Below, piece after piece: positions 19,120 through 28,116 of a DNA stretch of 64,000 bases. Below the pieces are notes generated by a model. The model saw nothing but the letters and a program-made list of their open reading frames with translations, was not told the origin of the DNA and made no database searches. The stretch's first letter is position 1. Every line of letters starts with the position of its first letter. Location: the IMG/VR virus record IMGVR_UViG_3300021168_000013, one strand, 5' to 3'. This DNA is from a virus. A program made the translations under genes and the position numbers.

Positions 19120-20605
19120 ATATAAATTTACTATTACCACAATCCCATATTCTATCATATCCATTATTTTTCATATTTTCCCATTCCGATAAATCACTCC
19201 GATATTCTTTCAATAATTTAAACAGTTTATGTTTTTGGAAACTCATTCTATGTTTTAAATCCTTATATTTATTTACTATGTAATAATAACTAACTGGAGT
19301 AAACCCCACGAATTTAAATCCAAGCTTATTATATATCTCTCCATTAAAATATCTACGATCACTATAGCTCACTATTTGTTTATATTTATAATTATTAATG
19401 AAGTAACTGAATAATTTACTGGCTCCTCCAATTACAACAGTGTTTAATTCATTGGAGAATCTCATTAGTTCCCAATCACTACTTTTATCAAACCTTGAAG
19501 TTTTTCGAAAAGACATTAATGATACCAATTTATTTTCATAATACAATCCCAATTTTATGGTGGATTTATCTTCGCCCTGTAAGTGGGTTCTATTTAAAAA
19601 AGCATTTTTATCCTTTATATCAACTTTTCTAATTTCACATTCTCTTGCATAAATTCTAGCAATACCTGTATTTATTCCTAATACGTTAGTTATTACAGAT
19701 TTAACTATTTCTTCCTTATCTCGCAATTCATTCTCAAATATATGAATCAGTCTAATTCCATGACAGGCACAAGACTTTGTTTTATTTAAATGGTATGTTT
19801 TATTAGTTCCTTTGCCATTTTCACTATGCCAATATAACCCATTCAATTCAATTGCAATATTTTTCGATGGTATATAAAAATCCAATTCTTTACCCACTAA
19901 TACTGTTCTATCACGTTGTTTAATTATTACATCTTTTGGTAATATATTCTGTAAGAATTTTAGAAATCTATCTTCCAATGTATTGCGTTTATCTGGATTA
20001 CAACTTTTACAGAAAACGTCGTTTGGTTTATATACATTATCCTCAAACTGCCTGTTACATATTAAACATTGAAACTTATAATCAATATCAAAATGATATC
20101 CTTTATATTCATCTAACGAGCATAACATCTTTATCTTATTATTAATAAATAAGTCATTGAGATATTCATAGTGTTTTTTGAACTTTGTAACTTTAGTTTT
20201 CTCAATGATGTCATCATTAAATGCTTTATTGCGACTTGATCTAGTAGATTTTATCTTATCAATATTATTGTAATGCTCAATTCCATGTTTTATTAAATTG
20301 TTATTTTTTACGGTATTAAACCATCCTTCTTTTTTACTTATCCAATCCACACCATATTTTGCCATTACGGAATTTTTTAGATTTTCTTTACCAGCAACAG
20401 TTTTCATCGGATGACATCCATATTTATCATCGAATGTTTTTTTTACTCCTTTTCGATTTTTATCTTTAATCTCATCATTATTACTACTACATTTCTTACC
20501 ACAAAATATTCTCTTATTTCTAAGATAATAACTTATATCAAATTCATTTTTACATGTCGGACAAGTCTTTTTTATTGTGTCAGGGTTTAATTTTGGTCTG
20601 GACAT
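19103..20605 (-). CDS. Hef-like / DUF559-type homing endonuclease-like protein with zinc ribbons and GNAT-like C-terminus
   Basis: CPTC/CGKKC and CLIC/CKSC zinc motifs; KELDFYIPSKNIAIELNGLYWHS; HLQG...WELMRF...GGASKLF...SYSDRRY...RIWDCGN. Confidence 0.8.
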   Translation of the reverse strand: MSRPKLNPDTIKKTCPTCKNEFDISYYLRNKRIFCGKKCSSNNDEIKDKNRKGVKKTFDDKYGCHPMKTVAGKENLKNSVMAKYGVDWISKKEGWFNTVKNNNLIKHGIEHYNNIDKIKSTRSSRNKAFNDDIIEKTKVTKFKKHYEYLNDLFINNKIKMLCSLDEYKGYHFDIDYKFQCLICNRQFEDNVYKPNDVFCKSCNPDKRNTLEDRFLKFLQNILPKDVIIKQRDRTVLVGKELDFYIPSKNIAIELNGLYWHSENGKGTNKTYHLNKTKSCACHGIRLIHIFENELRDKEEIVKSVITNVLGINTGIARIYARECEIRKVDIKDKNAFLNRTHLQGEDKSTIKLGLYYENKLVSLMSFRKTSRFDKSSDWELMRFSNELNTVVIGGASKLFSYFINNYKYKQIVSYSDRRYFNGEIYNKLGFKFVGFTPVSYYYIVNKYKDLKHRMSFQKHKLFKLLKEYRSDLSEWENMKNNGYDRIWDCGNSKFIFTDLH

Positions 20606-20625
20606 AATTATGTATTGGTTCCTAT

Positions 20626-20654
20626 ATTGTATAAGTATTACTCAAATTTGTCAA
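20626..20654 (-). promoter_or_regulatory. Sigma70-type promoter for the Hef-like endonuclease
   Basis: Minus strand TTGACA-N17-TACAAT about 20 nt upstream of the ATG at 20605. Confidence 0.65.
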
Positions 20655-20764
20655 ATTATATATAAAACTCAAGTTTTAAAATATTTATTATTAGTAACAT
20701 GATTTATATCATACTCCGTGTGATATTGATTGTGTCAAATTAACTAACAACAACATGTAAATTT

Positions 20765-21256
20765 ATGGCTGATTTATTAAACAGTAATGAAATATTCTAT
20801 ACGAATTGGGAACCCAAGACAAAGAATCGTATAATTCTCTATGCTGATGGTATCCCATCTTTCATCGTTAAGAAATGCAAGAGGCCAACAGTGAAAAGCG
20901 AAAAGAAGAACCTTGACTATATCAATACCCAAAGATATTACAAGGGAAAAACTACATGGGAAGATATTACCATGGAATTGTACGATCCAATTGTTCCTGC
21001 TGGCTCACAAGCTGTTATGGAATGGATTCGTTTATCTCACGAATCTGTCACAGGTCGTGATGGATATCAAGACTTTTATAAAAAAGATTTAACTCTTAAT
21101 ACCTTGGGACCAGTTGGTGATAAGGTAGAAGAATGGACACTTAAAGGTGCTTGGGTTAGTCAAGCTGATTTTGGTGAAGGTGATTGGTCAGACAGTGGGG
21201 AAGCATTTACGATTGCTCTTACCGTCAGTGTTGACTACTGTATACTTCAATATTAA
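20765..21256 (+). CDS. Tail tube protein, T4 gp19-like
   Basis: EPKTKNRIILYADGIPSF, KGKTTWEDITMELYDPIVPAGSQAVMEWIRL, GPVGDKVEEWTLKGAW, DY near C-terminus. Confidence 0.9.
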   Translation: MADLLNSNEIFYTNWEPKTKNRIILYADGIPSFIVKKCKRPTVKSEKKNLDYINTQRYYKGKTTWEDITMELYDPIVPAGSQAVMEWIRLSHESVTGRDGYQDFYKKDLTLNTLGPVGDKVEEWTLKGAWVSQADFGEGDWSDSGEAFTIALTVSVDYCILQY

Positions 21257-21273
21257 AATTAAATTTTTTCACG

Positions 21274-21308
21274 ATCTCCTTCTATTTATTTAGTAGGAGA
21301 TTTTTTAT
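21274..21308 (+). terminator. Hairpin/terminator after tail tube with late-type motif at its apex
   Basis: atctcct...aggagat stem enclosing tctatttatttagt, followed by tttttattt. Confidence 0.55.
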
Positions 21309-21310
21309 TT

Positions 21311-21562
21311 ATGGACACAAATACACCAACACAGCCAAATACACCAGATTCAGTGAATACGGTGCCTACAAAAACTATATCAGAATCGTCAACCATATTC
21401 GGGGTAAGTCTTCGTGGTATCATCACTATTATGGTAATTGGTACTGTATGTATTATGTCAGTTATGAAAAACGATATAAAAGAACCATTATATACATTAG
21501 CTGGTATGGTTGTGGCATTCTATTTTGGTCACCAACAGGGATTGGTCAGTAATAAAAAATGA
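21311..21562 (+). CDS. Small two-TM membrane protein, holin-like
   Basis: Hydrophobic SLRGIITIMVIGTVCIMSV and LYTLAGMVVAFYFG segments, short polar C-tail. Confidence 0.55.
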   Translation: MDTNTPTQPNTPDSVNTVPTKTISESSTIFGVSLRGIITIMVIGTVCIMSVMKNDIKEPLYTLAGMVVAFYFGHQQGLVSNKK

Positions 21563-21608
21563 GTTTAGACGTTTTTGAAACTATTTATAGGAGTAACTCA
21601 GTTTAAAT

Positions 21609-22181
21609 ATGATTAAGAAATTAATGGCGGTAGTTTTGTTAGTTGGGTTTATGTGTATAGCACATGCCCAGACGAATGTTCCCGTATTTAAATTTTTACA
21701 TGATTACCGTGTTCAAAACTCAACTCCCACAAACTTTTACAATGCTGGCGAAACCGTTGCGGAATTTGCCCCAACCATTACATCGGATAGTCTTTTCAAT
21801 ACTAAATTACCTCATACCTATGGTTATTCACTTGAGTTAGAACATTGGACTGCCACTTATATGGGTACAGGATTGGAATTCGGAAGTTATAATTATCATG
21901 AAGCAAATTACGGAGCACTTATTGATCATATTGCTATCATGCAAGATTTTAGAATGGTGCCATTTCAGGGTAACCCACTTTTTAGTAGATTTGCTGTCGG
22001 AATTAAAACAGGAGCAGAAACATTCTTCCTAGATGGATCAAAGGATGTTGAACTCGGTGGTGAATTATATTGGACATTTACAGACAATTGCAGACTAGAA
22101 ACTGATATAGTTCAACATATAAGAACTAACTCAAATGAAGATGGGCAAACTGCAAGATTAGCATTACAATGGGTATTTTAA
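21609..22181 (+). CDS. Putative outer-membrane beta-barrel protein
   Basis: Sec signal MIKKLMAVVLLVGFMCIAHA/Q; alternating amphipathic strands; ends RLALQWVF (beta-signal with terminal Phe). Confidence 0.55.
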   Translation: MIKKLMAVVLLVGFMCIAHAQTNVPVFKFLHDYRVQNSTPTNFYNAGETVAEFAPTITSDSLFNTKLPHTYGYSLELEHWTATYMGTGLEFGSYNYHEANYGALIDHIAIMQDFRMVPFQGNPLFSRFAVGIKTGAETFFLDGSKDVELGGELYWTFTDNCRLETDIVQHIRTNSNEDGQTARLALQWVF

Positions 22182-22205
22182 TCCAAAACTATAGAAAATA
22201 AAAAT

Positions 22206-22652
22206 ATGAAAAAACTTATCACAACATTATCAATCGCAACAGTATCAGCATTAATTTTAGCTGGATGTGCGAACACACCCCAAACTAATACTGCTGAATT
22301 AGCAGCAATTACGTTGGCCGCTACTACTGGTACGGAACTAGACCTTCAATCTAGACCACAAGACACAATTTATTTTGTCGGTGCCGAACAGGTATTAAAA
22401 ACTCTATCAACTGGAACCGATTCCGTTTCTATTAGCACAATTGAGGTTGCATTGCAATCCGCTGGCGTAACAAACGTAATTGTGGCATCGTCTATTTCGG
22501 AGGCAATTACACTTGGTGACAGTTTAATTGGGCAAAATACTACCAATACATCTGCTCAATTGATTGCATTTCAACAAGTTGATGGTGCTATTGCTACTGG
22601 TATCAGTAACGGTTTGTCGGCAATGGGCAAAGCAACATTGAAGAGAAAATAA
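22206..22652 (+). CDS. Lipoprotein
   Basis: MKKLITTLSIATVSALILAG-C lipobox (LAGC). Confidence 0.8.
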   Translation: MKKLITTLSIATVSALILAGCANTPQTNTAELAAITLAATTGTELDLQSRPQDTIYFVGAEQVLKTLSTGTDSVSISTIEVALQSAGVTNVIVASSISEAITLGDSLIGQNTTNTSAQLIAFQQVDGAIATGISNGLSAMGKATLKRK

Positions 22653-22678
22653 TTTAACGATTCGTGTAAATCATAATT

Positions 22679-22709
22679 AAGCTCTTAATTTAATATTAAG
22701 GGCTTTTTT
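22679..22709 (+). terminator. Rho-independent terminator after lipoprotein
   Basis: aagctcttaat-ttaat-attaagggctt stem (one G-T) followed by tttt. Confidence 0.6.
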
Positions 22710-22734
22710 GTTTGTGTTTTATATATTTATATAC

Positions 22735-23634
22735 ATGAAAAAGAATACGAAAATTATACTAAGTTTGGATGGTGGTGGAATGAAAGGTTATATTACTTGT
22801 GTTATTTTAGCCGAATTAGAGAAGAAATCCCAGAAAAAATGTAGTGATATATTTGATTTAATTGCTGGAACAAGTATTGGTGGTATAGTAGCGGCTTTAT
22901 TGAGTTGTGGTGTATCCGCAACAGATGCATTGACATTCTTTACAGAAGATGGCCCTAATATATTCAAAAAAACATTTTTTAACACAATTGGAGGAGTATT
23001 TGGGCCAAAATATTCTTCATCGGTAATAGAGAAGGTATTGACTGATAAGTTTAATGGATTGTTTCCAAAAACTTATTTATTAATGACCTCATATGATTTG
23101 GTAACACAGACTCCACATTTCTTTAAATTTGATACCGAAAAGTACCCATGTCAATTATGGCAAGCATCCAGAGCAACAAGTTCTGCTCAAATATTCTTTC
23201 CCGGATTTAAAGTTAATATTGCTGGCACGGATTATGTATTTTGGGATGGTGGAAATGTAGCAAATAATCCAGCAATTTGTGCCTATGCAGAATGTTATAA
23301 TTTATGGAAGAGTGACCCTATAATCCTATCTATAGGGACAGGAATTTTTAAGACAAAACTTAATGCTGATTCCATGGTGAACAGTGGATTTATTAGCAAT
23401 GCTATCACAACTGTAAGTAGTTTATTTTCTGCTGGAAGTGAAGAAGTGGATTATCAATTAGAACAGTTTATTGGTAATAATTATATCAGAATCCAACCAC
23501 AATTAGATTCTGATTTGGCTATGGATGGTGTGAGTTCAGATGATCTCAAAAAATTATCCGATTTCTCAAATACATACGTTCAATCAAAAGAATGCCAAAC
23601 GATCTTAAACAATTTTGTAAAAAATTATGTCTAA
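22735..23634 (+). CDS. Patatin-like phospholipase
   Basis: LSLDGGGMKG oxyanion motif, GTSIG nucleophile elbow, WDGGNVANNP catalytic Asp; ATG at 22735 preferred over track TTG 22708. Confidence 0.93.
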   Translation: MKKNTKIILSLDGGGMKGYITCVILAELEKKSQKKCSDIFDLIAGTSIGGIVAALLSCGVSATDALTFFTEDGPNIFKKTFFNTIGGVFGPKYSSSVIEKVLTDKFNGLFPKTYLLMTSYDLVTQTPHFFKFDTEKYPCQLWQASRATSSAQIFFPGFKVNIAGTDYVFWDGGNVANNPAICAYAECYNLWKSDPIILSIGTGIFKTKLNADSMVNSGFISNAITTVSSLFSAGSEEVDYQLEQFIGNNYIRIQPQLDSDLAMDGVSSDDLKKLSDFSNTYVQSKECQTILNNFVKNYV

Positions 23635-24502
23635 ACATGTATCATTTGCTTTCGGTAGATTTCAACCACCAACGATTGGACATTCAGCTTTAATTAACAA
23701 GGTTGCAGAAACATCCAAAGGAGGAGATTATTATATCTTTACAAGTCAATCTCAAGATATTGAAAAAAATCCATTGGATTATGGAACCAAAGTAAGTTTC
23801 TTGCGATTACTATTTCCACAACAAGCTGGTCACATTGTACAAGACCCTAAAATTAAAACGGTATTAGATGCTGCTGATTTTCTTGAATCTAAGGGATTCA
23901 CTGACGCCACATTTGTATGCGGTGGTGATAGAATAAATGAATTTAAAAGATTATTGGAAAAATGGAATCAGATACATCATGCATCAGGAAAAGGTTTTAG
24001 AACTCTTAATATAGTAAGTTGTGGTGATCGTGAAGATGGTGCAGAAGGTCTTTCTGGAGTCAGTGCTAGTTTAGCAAGACAATATGCTGTCAAAAACGAT
24101 TTTGAGTCATTTAGGAAGATTATACCAAAAGACCCTAAATTAGCCCAACAGATTTTCATGGCAATACGTAAGGCTATGAACTTGAGTGAGATTAAAAGAC
24201 ATATTAGAAATATATTAAATGAAATGTTAGATTCAGACGCCACTGATCCAAATGACCAACGTAATATAGCTAATTCAGAAAGACGTATAGTAAAAGACAA
24301 ATATCAAGCAGCCAAGCTTAAATCTGATGTATCTAAAAAAGAATTAAAATCCGCTAAAGAGAGATTAAATACCCAAAAGAGTGTTATTAGTAAGAATCCT
24401 GACGACATCAAAGCTGCTAAAGATGCTGTAAAAACTGCCGAAGAGAAAGTTAAGACTGCTCGTAACATGGAAGATGCCGCTCGCCGAGAGTCAGGTATAT
24501 AA
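23627..24502 (+). CDS. Cytidylyltransferase-like (HIGH-type nucleotidylyltransferase) domain fused to a charged coiled-coil tail
   Basis: FAFGRFQPPTIGH, FVCGGDR, VSASLARQYA; last ~100 aa Lys/Ala-rich helix. Confidence 0.75.
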   Translation: MSKHVSFAFGRFQPPTIGHSALINKVAETSKGGDYYIFTSQSQDIEKNPLDYGTKVSFLRLLFPQQAGHIVQDPKIKTVLDAADFLESKGFTDATFVCGGDRINEFKRLLEKWNQIHHASGKGFRTLNIVSCGDREDGAEGLSGVSASLARQYAVKNDFESFRKIIPKDPKLAQQIFMAIRKAMNLSEIKRHIRNILNEMLDSDATDPNDQRNIANSERRIVKDKYQAAKLKSDVSKKELKSAKERLNTQKSVISKNPDDIKAAKDAVKTAEEKVKTARNMEDAARRESGI

Positions 24503-24557
24503 ATAAAATAAAGTAAAATTATGGTAATGATCTATATATTAATATAGATTAAACGTT

Positions 24558-25385
24558 ATGAATGATGAAACAATTGCAATAGTAAAACCACAACCTGTTA
24601 CCAAACCAGATATCAAAGTTGAGAGTAAATACCCAACTGAAGTAATCGATTTACCAAGTAATGGTTATTTTTATAATGAAGATAACATATTGAGTAATGG
24701 TAAGGTTGAGTTGAAGATGATGTCTGCAAGGGAAGAAGATATCTTAGCCAACGAAAATCTCATAAAAAAAGGTGAAGTATTAAACAAAATGTTGTCATCG
24801 TTGATTATTGATAAAACAATTGATGCTGATGATTTATTAGTTGGTGATAAAAATGCTTTGTTTATCGCGTCTCGTCGATTAGCTTACGGAGATGAGTATG
24901 GTCCAGTGAAGATTTCTTGTAAGAAATGTGGTGAAGAAAATAATACCAGTATAGATTTAAGCTCCATTAAAACACGTCCTTTTGATTTTAGCGGTCATGA
25001 AAAGGGAAAGAACCGTATTAAGTATACTTTACCATATAGTAAACGTGTATTAGAATACAAATTACCAACTGGTAAGGATGAAAGACTTATTGATGAAGAA
25101 TTGAAAGCATTGACCAAGATCAATAAAAATGCCAGTGGTGAAGTAACCACACGTTTGAGAAATATCATCATATCCGTAGATGGTAACACTGACAAAGGAT
25201 TCATTAGAAAATTTGTAGACAATGATTTACTATCAAGAGATAGTGTCTCATTGAGAAGTGATATAGCCAAAAATTCTCCAGACTTAGATTTAAGTTTTGA
25301 ATTTGTCTGCGAGCATTGCGATAATACGGAAAGGATGGGTGTGCCGATGACGGTCCAGTTTTTTTGGCCTAGTACCAGAGTATAA
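24558..25385 (+). CDS. Baseplate-hub / tail assembly chaperone, T4 gp26-like
   Basis: PTEVIDLPSNGYFY...MSAREEDIL, DLLVGDKNALFIASRRLAYG, CKKC and CEHC zinc sites, ends FFWP. Confidence 0.8.
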   Translation: MNDETIAIVKPQPVTKPDIKVESKYPTEVIDLPSNGYFYNEDNILSNGKVELKMMSAREEDILANENLIKKGEVLNKMLSSLIIDKTIDADDLLVGDKNALFIASRRLAYGDEYGPVKISCKKCGEENNTSIDLSSIKTRPFDFSGHEKGKNRIKYTLPYSKRVLEYKLPTGKDERLIDEELKALTKINKNASGEVTTRLRNIIISVDGNTDKGFIRKFVDNDLLSRDSVSLRSDIAKNSPDLDLSFEFVCEHCDNTERMGVPMTVQFFWPSTRV

Positions 25386-25593
25386 GGTAGCACTCCATAA
25401 ACAAATTTTTGAATTATCTTATTACACTAATGGTGGATTTAACCAAGATATTGTGTATAGTTTACCTGTTCCACTTAGAAATTTCTATTATAACTGTTTA
25501 ATCGCAGCAAAGAAGCAAGAATCTGATGCATCTAAAGGTAATAACGCACAATCAGAAAAAAACTTAGTCGCTCATCCTCCAAAAGTCAAATAA
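25360..25593 (+). CDS. Start-codon-less ORF, probable +1-frameshift extension of the tail assembly chaperone (gp51-like / lambda T-like)
   Basis: Open +1 frame 25351-25593 (FFGLVPEYKVALHKQIFELSYYTNGGF...LPVPLRNFYY) begins on a T7 tract; no ATG, first GTG only at 25453. Confidence 0.65.
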   Translation, partial: FFGLVPEYKVALHKQIFELSYYTNGGFNQDIVYSLPVPLRNFYYNCLIAAKKQESDASKGNNAQSEKNLVAHPPKVK

Positions 25594-25625
25594 TTGTATA
25601 TTTATATATAAGAATATAAATTATT

Positions 25626-28112
25626 ATGGCTGTACCAACCACTGATGTAAAACAATTGGCTGAAAGTCTTAAGCTCGCTCAAGAATTGAATGAGGCTAAG
25701 ACTAAAGAAGTGTCAGAGTTAAATGAACAATTTAACATAGAGAAGCGCATCAATAATCTATTGGATATCAGGCTTGATAAAAATCAAAAACTTGAGTCGG
25801 AAATCAATAAAGCTCAGAAATTAGCTGCTGCATACCAAGACCAGTTAGCCAAATCAATAGTAAATAAAACAACACTTTCTCAAGTTATTAATCAAAAACA
25901 GCAATTACTCAATGTAATGCAGAAAGAAGGGATAGCAAATCAACAAGCTGGTATTGATCTAACTGAGAAGTTGATTAAATTAAGGAAGGAGTTGGGCAAA
26001 CAGGAAGGTAATATATCCGATATCACCGATTCAGCCAAGAAAGAATTGGTAATTGCTAAACAGAAGACTGAAGAACTACATAAACAAGGAAAGTTAACGA
26101 GATTGTATGAGACTGCTTTAGATGCATTACCCGGTTCTACTGGTAAACTACTAAAGTTAATGGTAGAAGAAGATGGAATATTATTATCATGGATCGCCAT
26201 AGTGGAACAGGCATTTCATTATTTCAATAAATTAGAAGAATCCGCTTTTTCCATGAGGAAGTCTCTTGGATTAATGAGAGAAGATGGTGATAAGGTAAAC
26301 GTTGCAGCAAATACGTTAAGAAACAATATATTATCAATTGTATCGGAAACTAGAAATTTGGGAGTAAACTTTGAGGATGTGCAGAAAACTATAACTGCCA
26401 TAAGTAATAAATTTAATTCGTTGGTAGCAATGGATAATAATTTGGTAAAAGTAACTACGTTGTTATCAACTCAATTAGGTATAGCTGGTGATGAAACCAC
26501 TGGATTTTTAAATGTAATGGCGGGAATTTCCAGAACTACAGCCGCTTCTAACATAAACATGATTGGATTCACTAAGACTTTGGCAAATGCTGCCGGAATT
26601 CCACTTGGGAAGGTTATGCATGATATAGCAAATGCCAGTGATAGTGTAAGACTTTATACGGATGGAACAGCAGCCTCTTTAGCTAAGGCTTCAGTATTTG
26701 CTTATGAAATGGGAACTTCTCTTGATAAGATAGCTGAAACATCCCACCAGTTATTAGATTTCCAAACCAGTATAGAAAATGAAATGGAAGCAAGTGTCCT
26801 TATTGGAAAGAATATAAATTTCCAAAGAGCGAGAGAGTTGGCTTTTCATAAAGATATCATCGGAGCAACTCAAGAAATATTGAGGATCACCAAGGAAACG
26901 GATTTCAATCGAATGAATCCTTTCCAGATGGAAGCGTTTGCTAAGGCTACTGGAAAATCTGTGGCTGAATTACAAGACATGTTGGTCGCCGATAAAAATA
27001 TCCAGTGGATTCGACAACATGGTACACAAGAACAACGTGAACAGTTATCCAATCTTCAGAAAATGAAGAGAATGAGGCAGGATGAAGCTAATGATATAGG
27101 AAAGAGAGCAATCCTTGATTTACAAACACAGGCAAATCAAGAAAGAATGGCAATATTACAAAACAAGTTCAATCAATTGATATTACAATTGGTAGACCCT
27201 TTAGTAGAAATACTTGATCCCTTATTATCCATTGCAACATATGTTTTACCTTTGATATTAAAAGATATATTACCGTTAATTGGAGTGTTTAAATTTATCT
27301 CTAGATTCGGAGTTGATATTATAAAGATAATTTCCTCTGTTGGTAAAATGGGAGCAAGCATTGGGTCAGCAATTTCTAAACTATCTGGAATATTTAAAAT
27401 TGGAAGAGTTGGATTGAAAGCCATTCCTGTACTGGGAGAAATGATAATTGCTCTTGAGGTTATTGGTTCATTATTTGGTACTGTGAAATCAGCAATAAAA
27501 GACTTTCAAACCGGACATTTTGGGTCTGGTATAGCAAAATTAATTTTCGGAGTTCCAAAGGCTATAATAGACGTAACACTTGGATCAATATATGATATAT
27601 TCCAAACTGTACTAGGTTGGTTTGGAGTTCAATTACCAAGAGGGATATGGAATGGTATAAAATCATTAGGTGATGTAATAGCTTCCGCAATAGGCGAACC
27701 ATTTAAAAAAGCTTGGAATTGGATTGAGGATTTGTTCGTAGGACATTCACCATCCAAACTAGCATTAGGTATTCTAAGAGGAATGGTATCGATAGGTGGA
27801 CTTTTATTGGATGCTATAACTTCTCCTTTTATCCATTCATTTAATTTTATTAGCGATTTGTTTGGAGGTACTAAAATACCTAAACCAAGTACATTAATTA
27901 GTGATATAGTTAATGGTAACACACCAACAACAACGGCCACAACCAAATCTACTAAAGCTGATGCAACGAATAATCAAATAGTACAGAAACTTGAAGAATT
28001 GATTGGATTGATGAAGGCTGGCGGAATTGCTGTTAATATTGATGGAAATAGGGCTAGTTATCTATTAGCTGAGAATACCAGAAAACGTGGGGGATTAGGA
28101 GCAACTACTTAA
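25626..28112 (+). CDS. Tape measure protein
   Basis: 828 aa, long helical, FQTSIENEMEASVLIGKNINFQRARELA region, Gly/Ile-rich C-terminal repeats; between chaperone and baseplate genes. Confidence 0.85.
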   Translation: MAVPTTDVKQLAESLKLAQELNEAKTKEVSELNEQFNIEKRINNLLDIRLDKNQKLESEINKAQKLAAAYQDQLAKSIVNKTTLSQVINQKQQLLNVMQKEGIANQQAGIDLTEKLIKLRKELGKQEGNISDITDSAKKELVIAKQKTEELHKQGKLTRLYETALDALPGSTGKLLKLMVEEDGILLSWIAIVEQAFHYFNKLEESAFSMRKSLGLMREDGDKVNVAANTLRNNILSIVSETRNLGVNFEDVQKTITAISNKFNSLVAMDNNLVKVTTLLSTQLGIAGDETTGFLNVMAGISRTTAASNINMIGFTKTLANAAGIPLGKVMHDIANASDSVRLYTDGTAASLAKASVFAYEMGTSLDKIAETSHQLLDFQTSIENEMEASVLIGKNINFQRARELAFHKDIIGATQEILRITKETDFNRMNPFQMEAFAKATGKSVAELQDMLVADKNIQWIRQHGTQEQREQLSNLQKMKRMRQDEANDIGKRAILDLQTQANQERMAILQNKFNQLILQLVDPLVEILDPLLSIATYVLPLILKDILPLIGVFKFISRFGVDIIKIISSVGKMGASIGSAISKLSGIFKIGRVGLKAIPVLGEMIIALEVIGSLFGTVKSAIKDFQTGHFGSGIAKLIFGVPKAIIDVTLGSIYDIFQTVLGWFGVQLPRGIWNGIKSLGDVIASAIGEPFKKAWNWIEDLFVGHSPSKLALGILRGMVSIGGLLLDAITSPFIHSFNFISDLFGGTKIPKPSTLISDIVNGNTPTTTATTKSTKADATNNQIVQKLEELIGLMKAGGIAVNIDGNRASYLLAENTRKRGGLGATT

Positions 28113-28116
28113 CATT

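Noticed and set aside
20708-20738. Second minus-strand sigma70 promoter (TTGACA...TATGAT)
   Set aside because: The spacer is 19 nt, outside the normal range; the 17-nt promoter at 20654-20626 explains the gene better.
18442-23634. Phage-borne CBASS (nucleotidyltransferase plus patatin effector)
   Set aside because: The genes are 3.6 kb apart in different transcription units with tail genes between them. The NTase lacks recognisable CD-NTase features and resembles a common phage Pol-beta family.
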